A DNA stretch of 64,000 bases from positions 19,933 through 83,932 of the forward strand of contig CANCQK010000007.1 of assembly GCA_947380295.1 (NCBI GenBank), written 5' to 3'. The position numbers were made by a program, and so were the translations under genes. Position 1 is the first letter of the stretch; the number at the start of each line of letters is the position of its first letter. This DNA comes from Bdellovibrionales bacterium. GTDB lineage: Bacteria; Bdellovibrionota; UBA1018. Of this stretch, positions 20,667-30,625 are shown piece by piece. A model generated the notes under the pieces. The model saw only the letters and a program-made list of their open reading frames with translations. It had not been told where the DNA came from and ran no database searches.

Positions 20667-21863
20667 ATGGTTCAACTCGTGATGGAGCGATTGCGTTGGT
20701 TTTTTTTGAGTGTCATGATCGGCTTATTTGCTGGGTTATCTGCTTCATGTTTTCTATTTTTGTTGGATGGGGTTACCGATTTTCGAGTCAGTCATCCAGA
20801 GTTGATTTGGGGACTCCCTCTGGGCGGTCTGATCTCCGGTTTTATCTACTGGAAGTATGGCAAACAGGCTTCTGGGGGGAATGCGCTGATTATTGACGCC
20901 GTTCATGATCCCAAAAAAGTCGTTCCGCTTCGAATGGCACCCCTCATTTTAATCAGTACGGTATTGACTCATCTTTTTGGAGGCTCAGCCGGTCGTGAGG
21001 GTGCGGCAGTTCAGATGTCAGCCTCCCTATCAGTTCAACTCTCTCGATGGTTTCACATCCGTCCTGAAGAAAAGCGAATTCTTCTGATGGCTGGGATGGG
21101 TGCAGGCTTTGGTGCAACAGTGGGAGCCCCCTGGGCGGGGTTTATTTTTGGAATGGAAGTCATCCGTCTCCCTCAGCGACGACTGTTTGCTGCTCTCGAG
21201 TGTGGGGTGGCTTCGTTCGTGGGCTATGGAGTGACTCGGGTCATTCATGTGCCCCATCCTCATTTGCCAAAGCTGGTAATCCCTCAATTGCAGCCGTGGA
21301 CGGTTTTTGGTGTGATCTTAGCTGGGGTCGCTTTTGGCTTTCTGGCGCGGGTATTTGTCTTTTTATCTCATGGCCTGCAGACCCGACTCAGGGCGCTCCC
21401 AGTTTTTCCTCCTCTCATTCCGGCAATTCTAGGTTTGGTACTGGCGGCGCTTTATTTTTTGACCGACTCACTGAGATATGGAGGCTTGGGTCTGCCGGTG
21501 ATTGAGCAAGCTTTGAGTTCCAAAACTACGGTTTTCGACACATTTTATAAGTTAGGGTTCACCGTGCTGACTGTGGGCGGTGGATTTAAGGGAGGGGAGT
21601 ATGTCCCTCTGGTTTTCATGGGCTCCACTTTGGGAAATGCCTTGGGTCAATGGCTGGCACTCTCACCGCCTTTTTTTGCAGCGTTGGGATACGTCGCTGT
21701 TTTTGGCGGGGCCTCCAAAACACCATTTGCCTGTGCCTGTTTGGGAATGGAGCTCTTTGGTTTTTGGTTGGGCCCCTATGCTTTATTGGCCTGCTGGATT
21801 AGCTACAAGATTGCTGGAGATCATGGGATCTACCACGCTCCAAGGCGCAACTCTCATTCATAG
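20667..21863 (+). CDS. CLC family channel/antiporter, fluoride-exporter (CLC-F/EriC)-like
   Basis: GNALII, GGSAGREGAAVQM, GFKGGEYVP, THLFGG motifs; multiple TM helices. Confidence 0.88.
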   Translation: MVQLVMERLRWFFLSVMIGLFAGLSASCFLFLLDGVTDFRVSHPELIWGLPLGGLISGFIYWKYGKQASGGNALIIDAVHDPKKVVPLRMAPLILISTVLTHLFGGSAGREGAAVQMSASLSVQLSRWFHIRPEEKRILLMAGMGAGFGATVGAPWAGFIFGMEVIRLPQRRLFAALECGVASFVGYGVTRVIHVPHPHLPKLVIPQLQPWTVFGVILAGVAFGFLARVFVFLSHGLQTRLRALPVFPPLIPAILGLVLAALYFLTDSLRYGGLGLPVIEQALSSKTTVFDTFYKLGFTVLTVGGGFKGGEYVPLVFMGSTLGNALGQWLALSPPFFAALGYVAVFGGASKTPFACACLGMELFGFWLGPYALLACWISYKIAGDHGIYHAPRRNSHS

Positions 21864-22515
21864 CTTGCTTGGAGTGGGCGGGCGCTAGCGCTCTAGATAG
21901 GGCGTCGATGATTTGAGTCCCTAATTGAGAAAAGCGATCTTCGTTTGCCTCGTTGAGCAGGTAACTGACTGGGAGATCCAAGCCGCACGGTCGCAATCCT
22001 ACAAAACTCTGGGGCGTGCGAAACCCATTGATTGCTATCCCATGGAGAAGGATGCCGTTTTCGATGTGAACTCCGGCTGCGGCAAACTTGCCCTGGGCGT
22101 TCCAAACACCAAGTTCGGCGCCAGACCGGATCTCTACATCCTCGCAATACAGGCGCCCAACTTCGGCAGCAGCTCCGAGCAGCTTGCAGATGATCTTATG
22201 AACACCACGCGAGTCCCCGGCCGAATCCTCTAAACGATGGATGGGAAAGGCCACCCATTGGCCTGGGCCGTGATAGGTAGCCAGACCCCCTCGGTCGATG
22301 TTTAAAACCTCGGTGTTGCCTACGGGCGAGGCGGGTAAGAGGTCTGTCAGGGGTGTTCTTCGCCCTCGCGTAATCACTGGAGCTAATTCAGAGAGTAAAA
22401 GAGTTGCTTCTCCTCCTTGCGAGATATTTTGGGCAAGTTCGCGTTGGCGGAGATCGAGCTGAGAATAGGTCCAAGGTTGGGACTCACTGTTTCGGTGGAT
22501 TTCAATTTTCATCAT
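21799..22515 (-). CDS. lipB: Lipoyl(octanoyl) transferase
   Basis: DRGGLATYHGPGQ, GVW...KFAAAGVH, HGIAIN, PCGL. Confidence 0.88.
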   Translation of the reverse strand: MMKIEIHRNSESQPWTYSQLDLRQRELAQNISQGGEATLLLSELAPVITRGRRTPLTDLLPASPVGNTEVLNIDRGGLATYHGPGQWVAFPIHRLEDSAGDSRGVHKIICKLLGAAAEVGRLYCEDVEIRSGAELGVWNAQGKFAAAGVHIENGILLHGIAINGFRTPQSFVGLRPCGLDLPVSYLLNEANEDRFSQLGTQIIDALSRALAPAHSKQAMNESCALERGRSHDLQQSCS

Positions 22516-22532
22516 TTTCCCTATTTTTCCCT

Positions 22533-22561
22533 TTGACTCCAAAGGCTGCTAGCGGTATACC
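22533..22561 (+). promoter_or_regulatory. Sigma70 promoter of tRNA-Val
   Basis: TTGACT-17 nt-TATACC, 20 nt upstream of tRNA. Confidence 0.6.
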
Positions 22562-22581
22562 CCTCTTCGTTCCATTCATGA

Positions 22582-22656
<75 letters not shown>

Positions 22657-22671
22657 TTTTAATTCCATCAT

Positions 22672-23283
22672 TTATTTCAATTCGACCACCGTTCGATTTC
22701 TGTTCGCCTTCGATTTGTCGCTCAGGAAGTGAAACTCCTTCGTGAGGACCTCTTCGTGGTAGCGAGGGGTTACGATCATGAGGTTGCACGGATCATAAGT
22801 TGCCCCACCTTGGTGCAAGGGTGTAATGTGATGGATCTCGTAAGTGACGCGGTCACCTCGTTGTTGAGATTCGGGGGCCAATGGTGCCTTTCCTAATTGC
22901 ATCCTCTCTTGGTTCTCGAGAGAAAATTCACCCAGATGCCCTGAGTTTGCTACCGATTTCCAAAGCGCCTTTCTGAATTTGCCAAAGTCATTGAACTTAC
23001 GCCCATCAAGCGATGCTGATATTTCTCGGGTAATGTACCCGGCGTTCTGGTCAGTGCCCCAAAGGAGAGTGGAGTGAGTCGGGAGAGCACAAGATGCCCG
23101 CGAAATACCGGTCGAATTGCGGCGGCTGCCTTTCTCAGAGATGGGTTGTGATGTAACTTCGGTAGTCGTCGATTCACGGGTGCGGGGCGTGGGTTGGAGA
23201 AGATTTTGGCAGGGATGAGTGCCTGCGATGGGGATGAATTGAGCTAGCTTAAAAGCAGTAGCGATACAGAGAAGATTTGTCAT
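22672..23283 (-). CDS. Colicin E/pyocin S-type HNH DNase domain protein
   Basis: F..FRKALW..V, N.ERM..GKAP, YEIHHITP..QGGATYD..NL.IVTPRYH closely parallels colicin E7/E9 DNase. Confidence 0.88.
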   Translation of the reverse strand: MTNLLCIATAFKLAQFIPIAGTHPCQNLLQPTPRTRESTTTEVTSQPISEKGSRRNSTGISRASCALPTHSTLLWGTDQNAGYITREISASLDGRKFNDFGKFRKALWKSVANSGHLGEFSLENQERMQLGKAPLAPESQQRGDRVTYEIHHITPLHQGGATYDPCNLMIVTPRYHEEVLTKEFHFLSDKSKANRNRTVVELK

Positions 23284-23375
23284 AGTTTCATTGAGCTATC
23301 CGATTTTAGATTCAGATTCAATGTCGACAAGAAAAATCTTGAGTTCGACTCGCGATTCAACTAGCACCAGGTGAG

Positions 23376-25403
23376 GTGTGTTTGAAACTCAGGAGGGTGG
23401 AATTGAAGCTTGAACTCGTTTTTCTTTCCCTAATTTCCTGCTTTTTTTTCAGTTTTTCGGCTTTCGGAGGTGAGTTTCATTTAAGTCTCGTGCGAAAGAA
23501 TATCTCCGAAGATCAGCGAGTCCCTATAGAAAACTTTTTTCGGCAGGTTGAGACTTTAGTTCCGCAATCGATGAAAAACAGACTTAATCGATCAATTCCA
23601 ATCGAGTTTGTCTCTGAGGCCTCCGGCTCCTCCTCGTTGCAGCTTCCCACCTGTGGACTCCTGTCTGAGGAGGATAAAACCGTCAGTGAATCTTCCTTAA
23701 AAGATCAAAATGGAATGATTTTAGGCGATAGCTATGGATGGACAGATGCCTGGGGCCACGTGTACCTCAATCGTCTACTTGTTCCACATATCTTAACGGG
23801 TCCTGAAGGTTCTCCTAGCTATCCCTGTGGTCACAAGACCTTATATCGATTGATCGTTGCTACAGTTCTTCATGAATTGGGGCATCTTTATGATTTTTCG
23901 CCGGGTATTTTTTCTGATCAACTGATTTCCGGTGAGCCACGTTTTCAAAGATTGATGGGCTGGAGTCGTCATGGGTGGCATAATCATTTGGGACCAAACC
24001 ATCGAGTGTGGGTGAGGAGTCCCGATATATATGAATTTTTTGACCTTAAAGAAGGGTTTGCTGTTAACTTAGAGTTTTTTCTCCTCGATCCGGAATATGA
24101 ATGCCGTCGACCTGCTCTTCATGCTTATCTAGCCGAACATTTTGGAGGGGGGATGACAATTTCGACTTGTGGGCCGAATACAAAAGTTCATCCTCATGCT
24201 CGGAGAGGTGGTATTGATCATGGCAAAGTGGTGGACTTAAATCCTGAGCGCGTCTTGGAGGTTCATTATTTAAGGACTGCATCAAAGTTTGCGATGGATT
24301 CGCGAGCCGACCGGTCCATGATTCGGATTGTGCTCTGTGATCCTGATCGGGGCGAACTCGAGTCTGATTGCCTCGAGGATCTAGATCATCAGTGGGGGGT
24401 GAGTTTTGCTCCACTCCTGAGTTCAGGAGACTGGTTTTCATGGCAGCATTTTCTTCACGGTTTGTCGCCTCAGTTGTGGATTTATCCAATGAAAGAGGTC
24501 GTCGAGTTTTTTAAAGACCGCGAGGGGCGAGATTTGGAAAGCTATCCGCTACGACTCTCTCAGGTTCAAAAAAAAAATCTGATTTATCGGGTGCTTGAAA
24601 ATTATTGGTCCTACTTGGGAAGGGTGGGAGTCCGAAAGTCCGGCTTCGTCGGAGATAACAGTAGCGCTGAGACTGGGCACTTACTGAAGGGAATTTTAAG
24701 TTCAGCGGCGATGAAGGGTTTTGTAGCTAGAAATTCTGTTGAACTCAAGGAAAAGCTGGTTCAGCTCAATTTGATTTCGAGTAATCGGGTTAAAAGTCCA
24801 AGAGACTCTGAAAAGTCGGGATTATTCTTTCCATCCGCCGAACCAGAGTGGAACAGCGCATTTGAGTTCCTAAAAGCGAATCTAAACGCAGGAATACCAA
24901 GAGAGTTATTTACCTGGGGGGCGTTGGAAGATTACCTGACCCATACGGCGCCAGTAGAGCGTTCGGAGGTCATCAATCAGGTCACTCATCTGGGTGATTT
25001 TTACGGAAAGCAAAAATTATATAAAAGTCTTTTATCGCTGGAGTCTCGAATTGAGCACCGACTGTCTCAGGAGCTTCATGGCCAAATTCACCTTAAATTT
25101 GGGAGGATTTACAAAAGGTTAAAGGAGAAAAAACGCACTGAGCTTTCATCTGAGAGTATAGAGATGTTTAAAATTTTTATGACTCATTTTGAAAGCACTC
25201 ATCCTCTTTCCTTAGTTCAGAATGGATATGGTGTTCCAACTGAGGATGAGTTTGGGATGATTTTTACAACACCTAGAGAATTTTCTGCGAGTGGAGTTTT
25301 GCTCCGCGAGTGGATGCAAGAAAATTTCAGTTCTGAACTCATTCAGCTCAAGATCATTCAAGATAATAAAATGAAGCTCAGTCGTTTGCTTGGCGAAACC
25401 TAG
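23376..25403 (+). CDS. DUF4105/Lnb-like protein with HEXXH N-terminal domain, catalytically degenerate
   Basis: VLHELGHLYD; RSPD.YE...E.FAVN.E.FLLDP.Y.CRRP; ADRSM in place of GHSM and DNSS in place of NNC; probable TTG start 23403 after AGGAGG. Confidence 0.65.
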   Translation: MCLKLRRVELKLELVFLSLISCFFFSFSAFGGEFHLSLVRKNISEDQRVPIENFFRQVETLVPQSMKNRLNRSIPIEFVSEASGSSSLQLPTCGLLSEEDKTVSESSLKDQNGMILGDSYGWTDAWGHVYLNRLLVPHILTGPEGSPSYPCGHKTLYRLIVATVLHELGHLYDFSPGIFSDQLISGEPRFQRLMGWSRHGWHNHLGPNHRVWVRSPDIYEFFDLKEGFAVNLEFFLLDPEYECRRPALHAYLAEHFGGGMTISTCGPNTKVHPHARRGGIDHGKVVDLNPERVLEVHYLRTASKFAMDSRADRSMIRIVLCDPDRGELESDCLEDLDHQWGVSFAPLLSSGDWFSWQHFLHGLSPQLWIYPMKEVVEFFKDREGRDLESYPLRLSQVQKKNLIYRVLENYWSYLGRVGVRKSGFVGDNSSAETGHLLKGILSSAAMKGFVARNSVELKEKLVQLNLISSNRVKSPRDSEKSGLFFPSAEPEWNSAFEFLKANLNAGIPRELFTWGALEDYLTHTAPVERSEVINQVTHLGDFYGKQKLYKSLLSLESRIEHRLSQELHGQIHLKFGRIYKRLKEKKRTELSSESIEMFKIFMTHFESTHPLSLVQNGYGVPTEDEFGMIFTTPREFSASGVLLREWMQENFSSELIQLKIIQDNKMKLSRLLGET

Positions 25404-25443
25404 CTCCCCGTTTCACGTACTCTCTTAAAAAGGGAGAACCAGA

Positions 25444-26214
25444 ATGGGTCAAAAAAAATCTATTTTAAGAAATTATGATCGCGAGCCCTCGCACCTGAAC
25501 CGTGCTTTGAGTTTTTTAGCTCTTGCTTTGAGTCTACCATTGACCGCGTGTGGGCCCGGTTTAGTTGGAGACCGAGTAGGGTCACCTCGAATTCCTGGTG
25601 GATCTGTTTCTTATGGTGCTGAAGCGAAATCTGCTCTTGATGCTTCCAAAAACTGTCATAGTAGCGATTCATCACAGACTTGTCTTGCGTTAAAATACGT
25701 TGTTTTTGAGGATTCTGATGGCACTCCTGCAGTGAATGAGGGGGTCGTTCTGAGTGGTGTTGCTGCAATCAACCGAATCTGGAATCAGTGCAATATTCAC
25801 TTTCAAGTAGATCGACTATTAAGTATTGATCCTAAAAAATACGAACTCTCATTTAATTCTTCAGAAAATCATGATTTGGAGCAGATTCGAAAAATTTTTA
25901 TGGACTCATCCACTCTGCTTGTAGTCACTACGGGGAAGTGGGATCGTTCTGGATCTCTGGGTAGCACTGGCGCCAACGCATGGACTTCAATGCCGGGAGA
26001 TCAGTTCTATGGAGCAGTTTTGGAAGCACCTGTGGGCGACTATCCCAATATTATTGCTCATGAGCTTGGACATTATCTTAATCTTGACCATGTAAGCGAT
26101 GTTGAGCAGCTGATGAATCCGGTGATTTACGATCGTTCTAAATCTCTCACTCGATCTGAATGTAATATGGCTTATAATGCGGTCCAGGACTACTGGAAAT
26201 CCATGGTGAGGTAG
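25444..26214 (+). CDS. Metzincin metalloprotease lipoprotein (matrixin/M43-like)
   Basis: Lipobox LTAC; HELGHYLNLDH; Met-turn LMNP. Confidence 0.85.
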   Translation: MGQKKSILRNYDREPSHLNRALSFLALALSLPLTACGPGLVGDRVGSPRIPGGSVSYGAEAKSALDASKNCHSSDSSQTCLALKYVVFEDSDGTPAVNEGVVLSGVAAINRIWNQCNIHFQVDRLLSIDPKKYELSFNSSENHDLEQIRKIFMDSSTLLVVTTGKWDRSGSLGSTGANAWTSMPGDQFYGAVLEAPVGDYPNIIAHELGHYLNLDHVSDVEQLMNPVIYDRSKSLTRSECNMAYNAVQDYWKSMVR

Positions 26215-26332
26215 GTTTTTATACCGACATCCAGCAAGGCAGTAGAAATCTTCTCAGTTTAGCTATGATAAGTCATAGCTTTGGCAAGCGGTCACGAATC
26301 CCTCTCTGGACCTGTTACTATATCCCCTCAGC

Positions 26333-27265
26333 TTACCGAGAAGAGTTGGATTGGGCAGATGAAGAACCTGTTTGTTTGAAAGACACCTGAGCGGCAACGG
26401 TTTCTTCGAGATCAGGAGTGGCGGTGTTAAAATTACCGATCGCCGTAACGAGTGCCCAATAGTAATTCGAACCAAGGTATGAGTATCCGCCGTCAAGATC
26501 ATTGATATTGACGCAAGTGGTTGGCACCACGAATTCATCGATCAAGCTTTCGGGACCCATGGTGTCCTTGTCGAAAATCTGGACGTGATAAGCCTTAGCT
26601 TTGGCCACTGGGGTCCAACTGAGCTTTTCAGTGAAATCAGTCGTTTGAGCGGCTACAAAATTTCTAGGGCCTGCGATGAGTTGAGTTGAGTTTTCCGCTA
26701 CCGCGTCTTTGACGGTATGGGACCTTAAGACGCAGCCATTGCGAGGGAAGTCATCTGGCTTGGACGATTGAATGGCTCCTACATTAAAAATGAGATCAGC
26801 TTCGTATCCAGGATAACTAGTTGCAAATAAATTCTTGTCAGGAACGTTGGCAATCAATTTGCTATTGTAACTAAATGCAGATAGTTTAATAGAGGCAGAA
26901 CTAGGTTGAGGAGAAGGTGCATAGGTAATTCGAGAGTAACCGAAGCTATTTGTGTACTCGGAATTAAACCCCTTCCGTCTCAGGTTGTCCAATCCGGGTC
27001 CGATTCTAAAATCTTTAGGTGAATTTCCGAATGTGTAAGAATTTGGACTTAAATCTGATTTTAGATAAAGATTAAAGGCGCTATCTTTATTGATGTTAAT
27101 TCTAATATCGGTTGGACCACCCGTTCCAATCTCTACGTAGCTGTGTTCAATTTCCGGCGTATTGGTGAGATAGATCTTCAGATCGGCGAGAGAGTTTTCT
27201 GCGACTGCAGCTAGGGTAATCAACGTTAAAATCCCTGATTTTAATTTTTTACTGGAAAAAGTCAT
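26333..27265 (-). CDS. Secreted hypothetical protein with C-terminal FN3-like domain
   Basis: Signal peptide from ATG 27265 (AAGGGG SD); LSWTPVAKAKAYHVQI..Y.W.L.A pattern. Confidence 0.65.
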   Translation of the reverse strand: MTFSSKKLKSGILTLITLAAVAENSLADLKIYLTNTPEIEHSYVEIGTGGPTDIRININKDSAFNLYLKSDLSPNSYTFGNSPKDFRIGPGLDNLRRKGFNSEYTNSFGYSRITYAPSPQPSSASIKLSAFSYNSKLIANVPDKNLFATSYPGYEADLIFNVGAIQSSKPDDFPRNGCVLRSHTVKDAVAENSTQLIAGPRNFVAAQTTDFTEKLSWTPVAKAKAYHVQIFDKDTMGPESLIDEFVVPTTCVNINDLDGGYSYLGSNYYWALVTAIGNFNTATPDLEETVAAQVSFKQTGSSSAQSNSSR

Positions 27266-27539
27266 AACTGAACCCCTTTTTGCTGAATATGCGCTCAATT
27301 TAAACTCCTACCGTTAGATCAATCCTATTTCGCGCTGCAGTACTTGAAAAGTGTGTCATTTTTTATTTAAGCGCATCGCATTAACTCGCAATAAAAGCAG
27401 GTATTTGGCGTGAGGCTGGCTTAGAGATGTGTCCTACTTGACACATGTGGAGTGATGCCGCGCATCTCTGAGAAGAGTATTAATCAAAGGGGTTGAATTT
27501 ATAGGGTTGTTTTTTGAGTGAGATTACCGAAAAGCCTGT

Positions 27540-29906
27540 ATGGGGAAAAATTGGCTTCTTCAACTCCCGTTGATTTTGTTTTTCTGGTTTTGTTTTTTGA
27601 TTACTGAGGGCGCAAATCGTGGAACTCTCGATCATGGATTTTTGCGCGACCGAGTGCTCTCCTGGGTCAGTCGACCTCCTCACGTTCTCACCGACCTTAA
27701 ATTCAAAGTAAGAGGGGTAGAGCCGCTTAAGAATAAGCTGGTTGTTGTTGAGATTGACAGCAATTCGATTAGCGCACTCGGACGGTGGCCTTGGCATCGA
27801 GATACGACTGCCTACCTGGTTGATCATATCTTTCAGGCCGGTGCAAAGGTAGTTGGGCTCGATATGGTCTTTTCTGAACCTGATCGACGGGTTCCTGATG
27901 GTCTCGCTCATTTGCTCAAACAGAAAAAAATGGATGATGTGATTGAATCTTTTGAGACTGATCGTCACCTGGAGAGGGTGATCGAGAAGTACTCGGACCG
28001 ACTGGTCCTCGGTTGGATCTCGGATACAGCGTGTCAGCCAAAATTGGATGGGATTCAAAATTGCCCCGTGGGGGACCCTGCGGCCTTGGCAGAGTTTCCT
28101 GCAGAATTTGAGCGTTTTGCTATGAAGGGAGTTCACCTGGATTCCCCATTTCAAGCGGAGCGCGTGCCTGTTCTGTCGTTTGTGACCCCGATTGCAAATA
28201 TTGATTCTTATCATCGGGTCGCTAGTCAAATCGGATTCCTAAACGCGAGCTTAGACTCGGATGGTTATATCCGCAGAGCGCCCTTGATCGGTTTTGCAGC
28301 TGGGCGTCCTTATGCTTCTTTGCCGTTTGAAATGGCCAGAGTAGGGCAGCGCGAGGAAATGGCGCTCGCTTTTGATCAGAACCTGAGGGTTCAGTCCTTA
28401 TTATGGGCTCACTCGGGCAAGAGCATTCCAGTCAATCAGTTGGGAGTGCTTGAGGTTAATTTTCGAGGTCCAAGTTCGACTGTGACAAGGATCTCAGCAC
28501 TGGATGTCATGAGCGACTCAGACCTCGTAAAGTCTTCAACTTTGACGGGCTCTCCTCGATCCAAGAAGGATGTGCTATCCGATGCTTATGTCTTGATCGG
28601 GATTACGGCACTGGGTGTACATGATATGCGACAATTTCCTTTTGAGTCCAATTCCCCTGGAGTGGATGGACATATTCATATCTTGGATAATTTGCTGTCC
28701 AATGATCCGTTGGTTTCTGGATCGCAGTGGGGGAGTTCAATTTGGGTCTCGATCTTCATGCTCATCTGCGGGATCGGTTTTGCATGGGCCTTAAATCGGT
28801 GGGACGCTCTGCCTGGTGTCTGGCTTTTTGTCGGAACTTTAGCAGGCTTTTGGATTTTTGATTTTACTGTTCTTTTTAAGCACAATCTCAACTGGAACAC
28901 GGCCTATCTTTATTTCGAGTGGATGAGTGTTTTTGTGGTCACACTTGCGATCAAATATGCAGTGGAGGAGCGAAATAAGAAGTTTATTCGTGATGCATTT
29001 TCAAAGTACGTTGCTCCGGCTGTGGTCGATTCTATTTTAAAAGATCCGAAGAAACTCTCGCTTGGAGGAGAGAAGCGGGAGATGACGATTCTTTTCTCCG
29101 ATATTCGAAATTTCACGTCTTTTTCAGAGCAAATGGACGCCAAAGCCTTGGCCTCATTTCTGAATGATTACCTGGGGATCATGACCGGGATTGTATTTAA
29201 GCATCATGGAACCTTGGATAAATACATTGGTGATGCAGTGATGGCTTTTTGGGGTGCTCCGCTGGATCAGTCCAAGCATGCATTTCAAGCCTGCCAAGCC
29301 GCTGTGGAGATGATTCATGCCCTGAAAAAGAATCAAAAACGATTCAAAGAGCAATACGGGATCGACGTTGAGGTTGGAATTGGGATCAATTCAGGTTTGG
29401 TGAATGTCGGGAATATGGGTTCTCAACAAAATTTTGAGTATACTGTGATCGGAGACCACGTCAATCTTGCTTCGAGGGTTGAAGGCCTCACTAAAAAGTA
29501 TGGAGTGAGGCTTTTGACTACCCGATTTACTTGGAACGTGATGACCAAATACATCAGTGAACATCCTGAGCTCAGTCTCTCTCATGAGTTTTCCTATCGT
29601 GTCCTGGATGATGTAAAGGTTAAGGGGAAAAAACAGGCAGTTGAGTTGATTGAAATTCTAGATCAACCACTGCCGCAAGACACGATTCAGGAGTTCGAAG
29701 AAGCTCGTCAGTTGTACCGAAATCAGAAGTGGAATGAATCTATTCAGGCACTCAAAGCGGTCAGTCAGAAAATCGCAAAGGCCTTGGGAAAATCACCAGA
29801 ATTTGAAGATGGACCTTGTGAGACTTATCTCGAACGTTGTCAGAAGTTTTTGGTCAGTCCGCCCGCTTCGGATTGGGACGGCTCATGGGAAATGGAGAGT
29901 AAGTAA
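27540..29906 (+). CDS. CHASE2-domain class III adenylate/guanylate cyclase
   Basis: GRWPW.R, GLDMVFSEPD, D.DG.IRR; LFSDIRNFT, DKYIGDAVMAFWGAP, YTVIGD.VNLASR.EG (Lys and Thr suggest ATP specificity). Confidence 0.95.
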   Translation: MGKNWLLQLPLILFFWFCFLITEGANRGTLDHGFLRDRVLSWVSRPPHVLTDLKFKVRGVEPLKNKLVVVEIDSNSISALGRWPWHRDTTAYLVDHIFQAGAKVVGLDMVFSEPDRRVPDGLAHLLKQKKMDDVIESFETDRHLERVIEKYSDRLVLGWISDTACQPKLDGIQNCPVGDPAALAEFPAEFERFAMKGVHLDSPFQAERVPVLSFVTPIANIDSYHRVASQIGFLNASLDSDGYIRRAPLIGFAAGRPYASLPFEMARVGQREEMALAFDQNLRVQSLLWAHSGKSIPVNQLGVLEVNFRGPSSTVTRISALDVMSDSDLVKSSTLTGSPRSKKDVLSDAYVLIGITALGVHDMRQFPFESNSPGVDGHIHILDNLLSNDPLVSGSQWGSSIWVSIFMLICGIGFAWALNRWDALPGVWLFVGTLAGFWIFDFTVLFKHNLNWNTAYLYFEWMSVFVVTLAIKYAVEERNKKFIRDAFSKYVAPAVVDSILKDPKKLSLGGEKREMTILFSDIRNFTSFSEQMDAKALASFLNDYLGIMTGIVFKHHGTLDKYIGDAVMAFWGAPLDQSKHAFQACQAAVEMIHALKKNQKRFKEQYGIDVEVGIGINSGLVNVGNMGSQQNFEYTVIGDHVNLASRVEGLTKKYGVRLLTTRFTWNVMTKYISEHPELSLSHEFSYRVLDDVKVKGKKQAVELIEILDQPLPQDTIQEFEEARQLYRNQKWNESIQALKAVSQKIAKALGKSPEFEDGPCETYLERCQKFLVSPPASDWDGSWEMESK

Positions 29907-29914
29907 GGCTTTAA

Positions 29915-30541
29915 TTAACCGCTGCGGTAGACAATGTGTCGAGCATCTTTTGGGTCGTCCTCGTAAGTTTGTCCCCCTAAAGAAGGAGGCACGCCAGTCT
30001 CTCCTGGTTCGAACTCGGATTCTCGTGCCCGTTCAACCTGGACGCCCCCGTAGAGAAGTCCTGTTGAGGCTCCAAATAGAAAGTGCCCGACGATCATGAG
30101 AGCGAGCGTGAATAGTCCTAAGCCTGAACCCAGAACCCCAAAGTTGGGATAGAGTCCCGTTCCGACAAATTCGTGAAGGGCATTAAAGAACGGGAAAATA
30201 GCAACGGCTGCTGCGACTAAATGCCAGAAAGCAACTTTAAGTCCGGTTCTTGCGTTCGCTACGAAGTAAACAGTCTCAAAAAAATAAGCGTAAAAAAGTC
30301 CAAAAATAGCACCAATAGTGAGATTGGCGATGAAACCGACGGTCCAGTTATGATCCCCGTATTGTGTCCCGCGGAGCAAGCTACCCAAATAAAGCTCGAA
30401 AGAAAACGGGGTTGCACCCGCCAAGTAGAAAGTATCGATCCACCCCATCATGAGTAAACTTCCAATAATTCCTACTTTGATCGCTCGCCACCAGTGAATA
30501 GGCTGCTGTTGCTGCTCGATCAGCGTTAATTTTCTTGGCAT
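29915..30541 (-). CDS. Four-TM membrane protein (DUF6789-like)
   Basis: Hydrophobic segments with G..FGL.Y and H.LFG...GLLY motifs. Confidence 0.65.
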   Translation of the reverse strand: MPRKLTLIEQQQQPIHWWRAIKVGIIGSLLMMGWIDTFYLAGATPFSFELYLGSLLRGTQYGDHNWTVGFIANLTIGAIFGLFYAYFFETVYFVANARTGLKVAFWHLVAAAVAIFPFFNALHEFVGTGLYPNFGVLGSGLGLFTLALMIVGHFLFGASTGLLYGGVQVERARESEFEPGETGVPPSLGGQTYEDDPKDARHIVYRSG

Positions 30542-30625
30542 CTTGAGTTATGAAGTGCAAAGAAAGTTCCAAATCCGAAAGTAGAACATCAATGCTGCAC
30601 GTTTTGATCAGCCTAGTAAAGTCGA

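Noticed and set aside
27480-28229. 249-aa antisense ORF and other short antisense ORFs inside dnaE, metH and the GT genes
   Set aside because: Opposite well-supported genes, with no recognisable motifs
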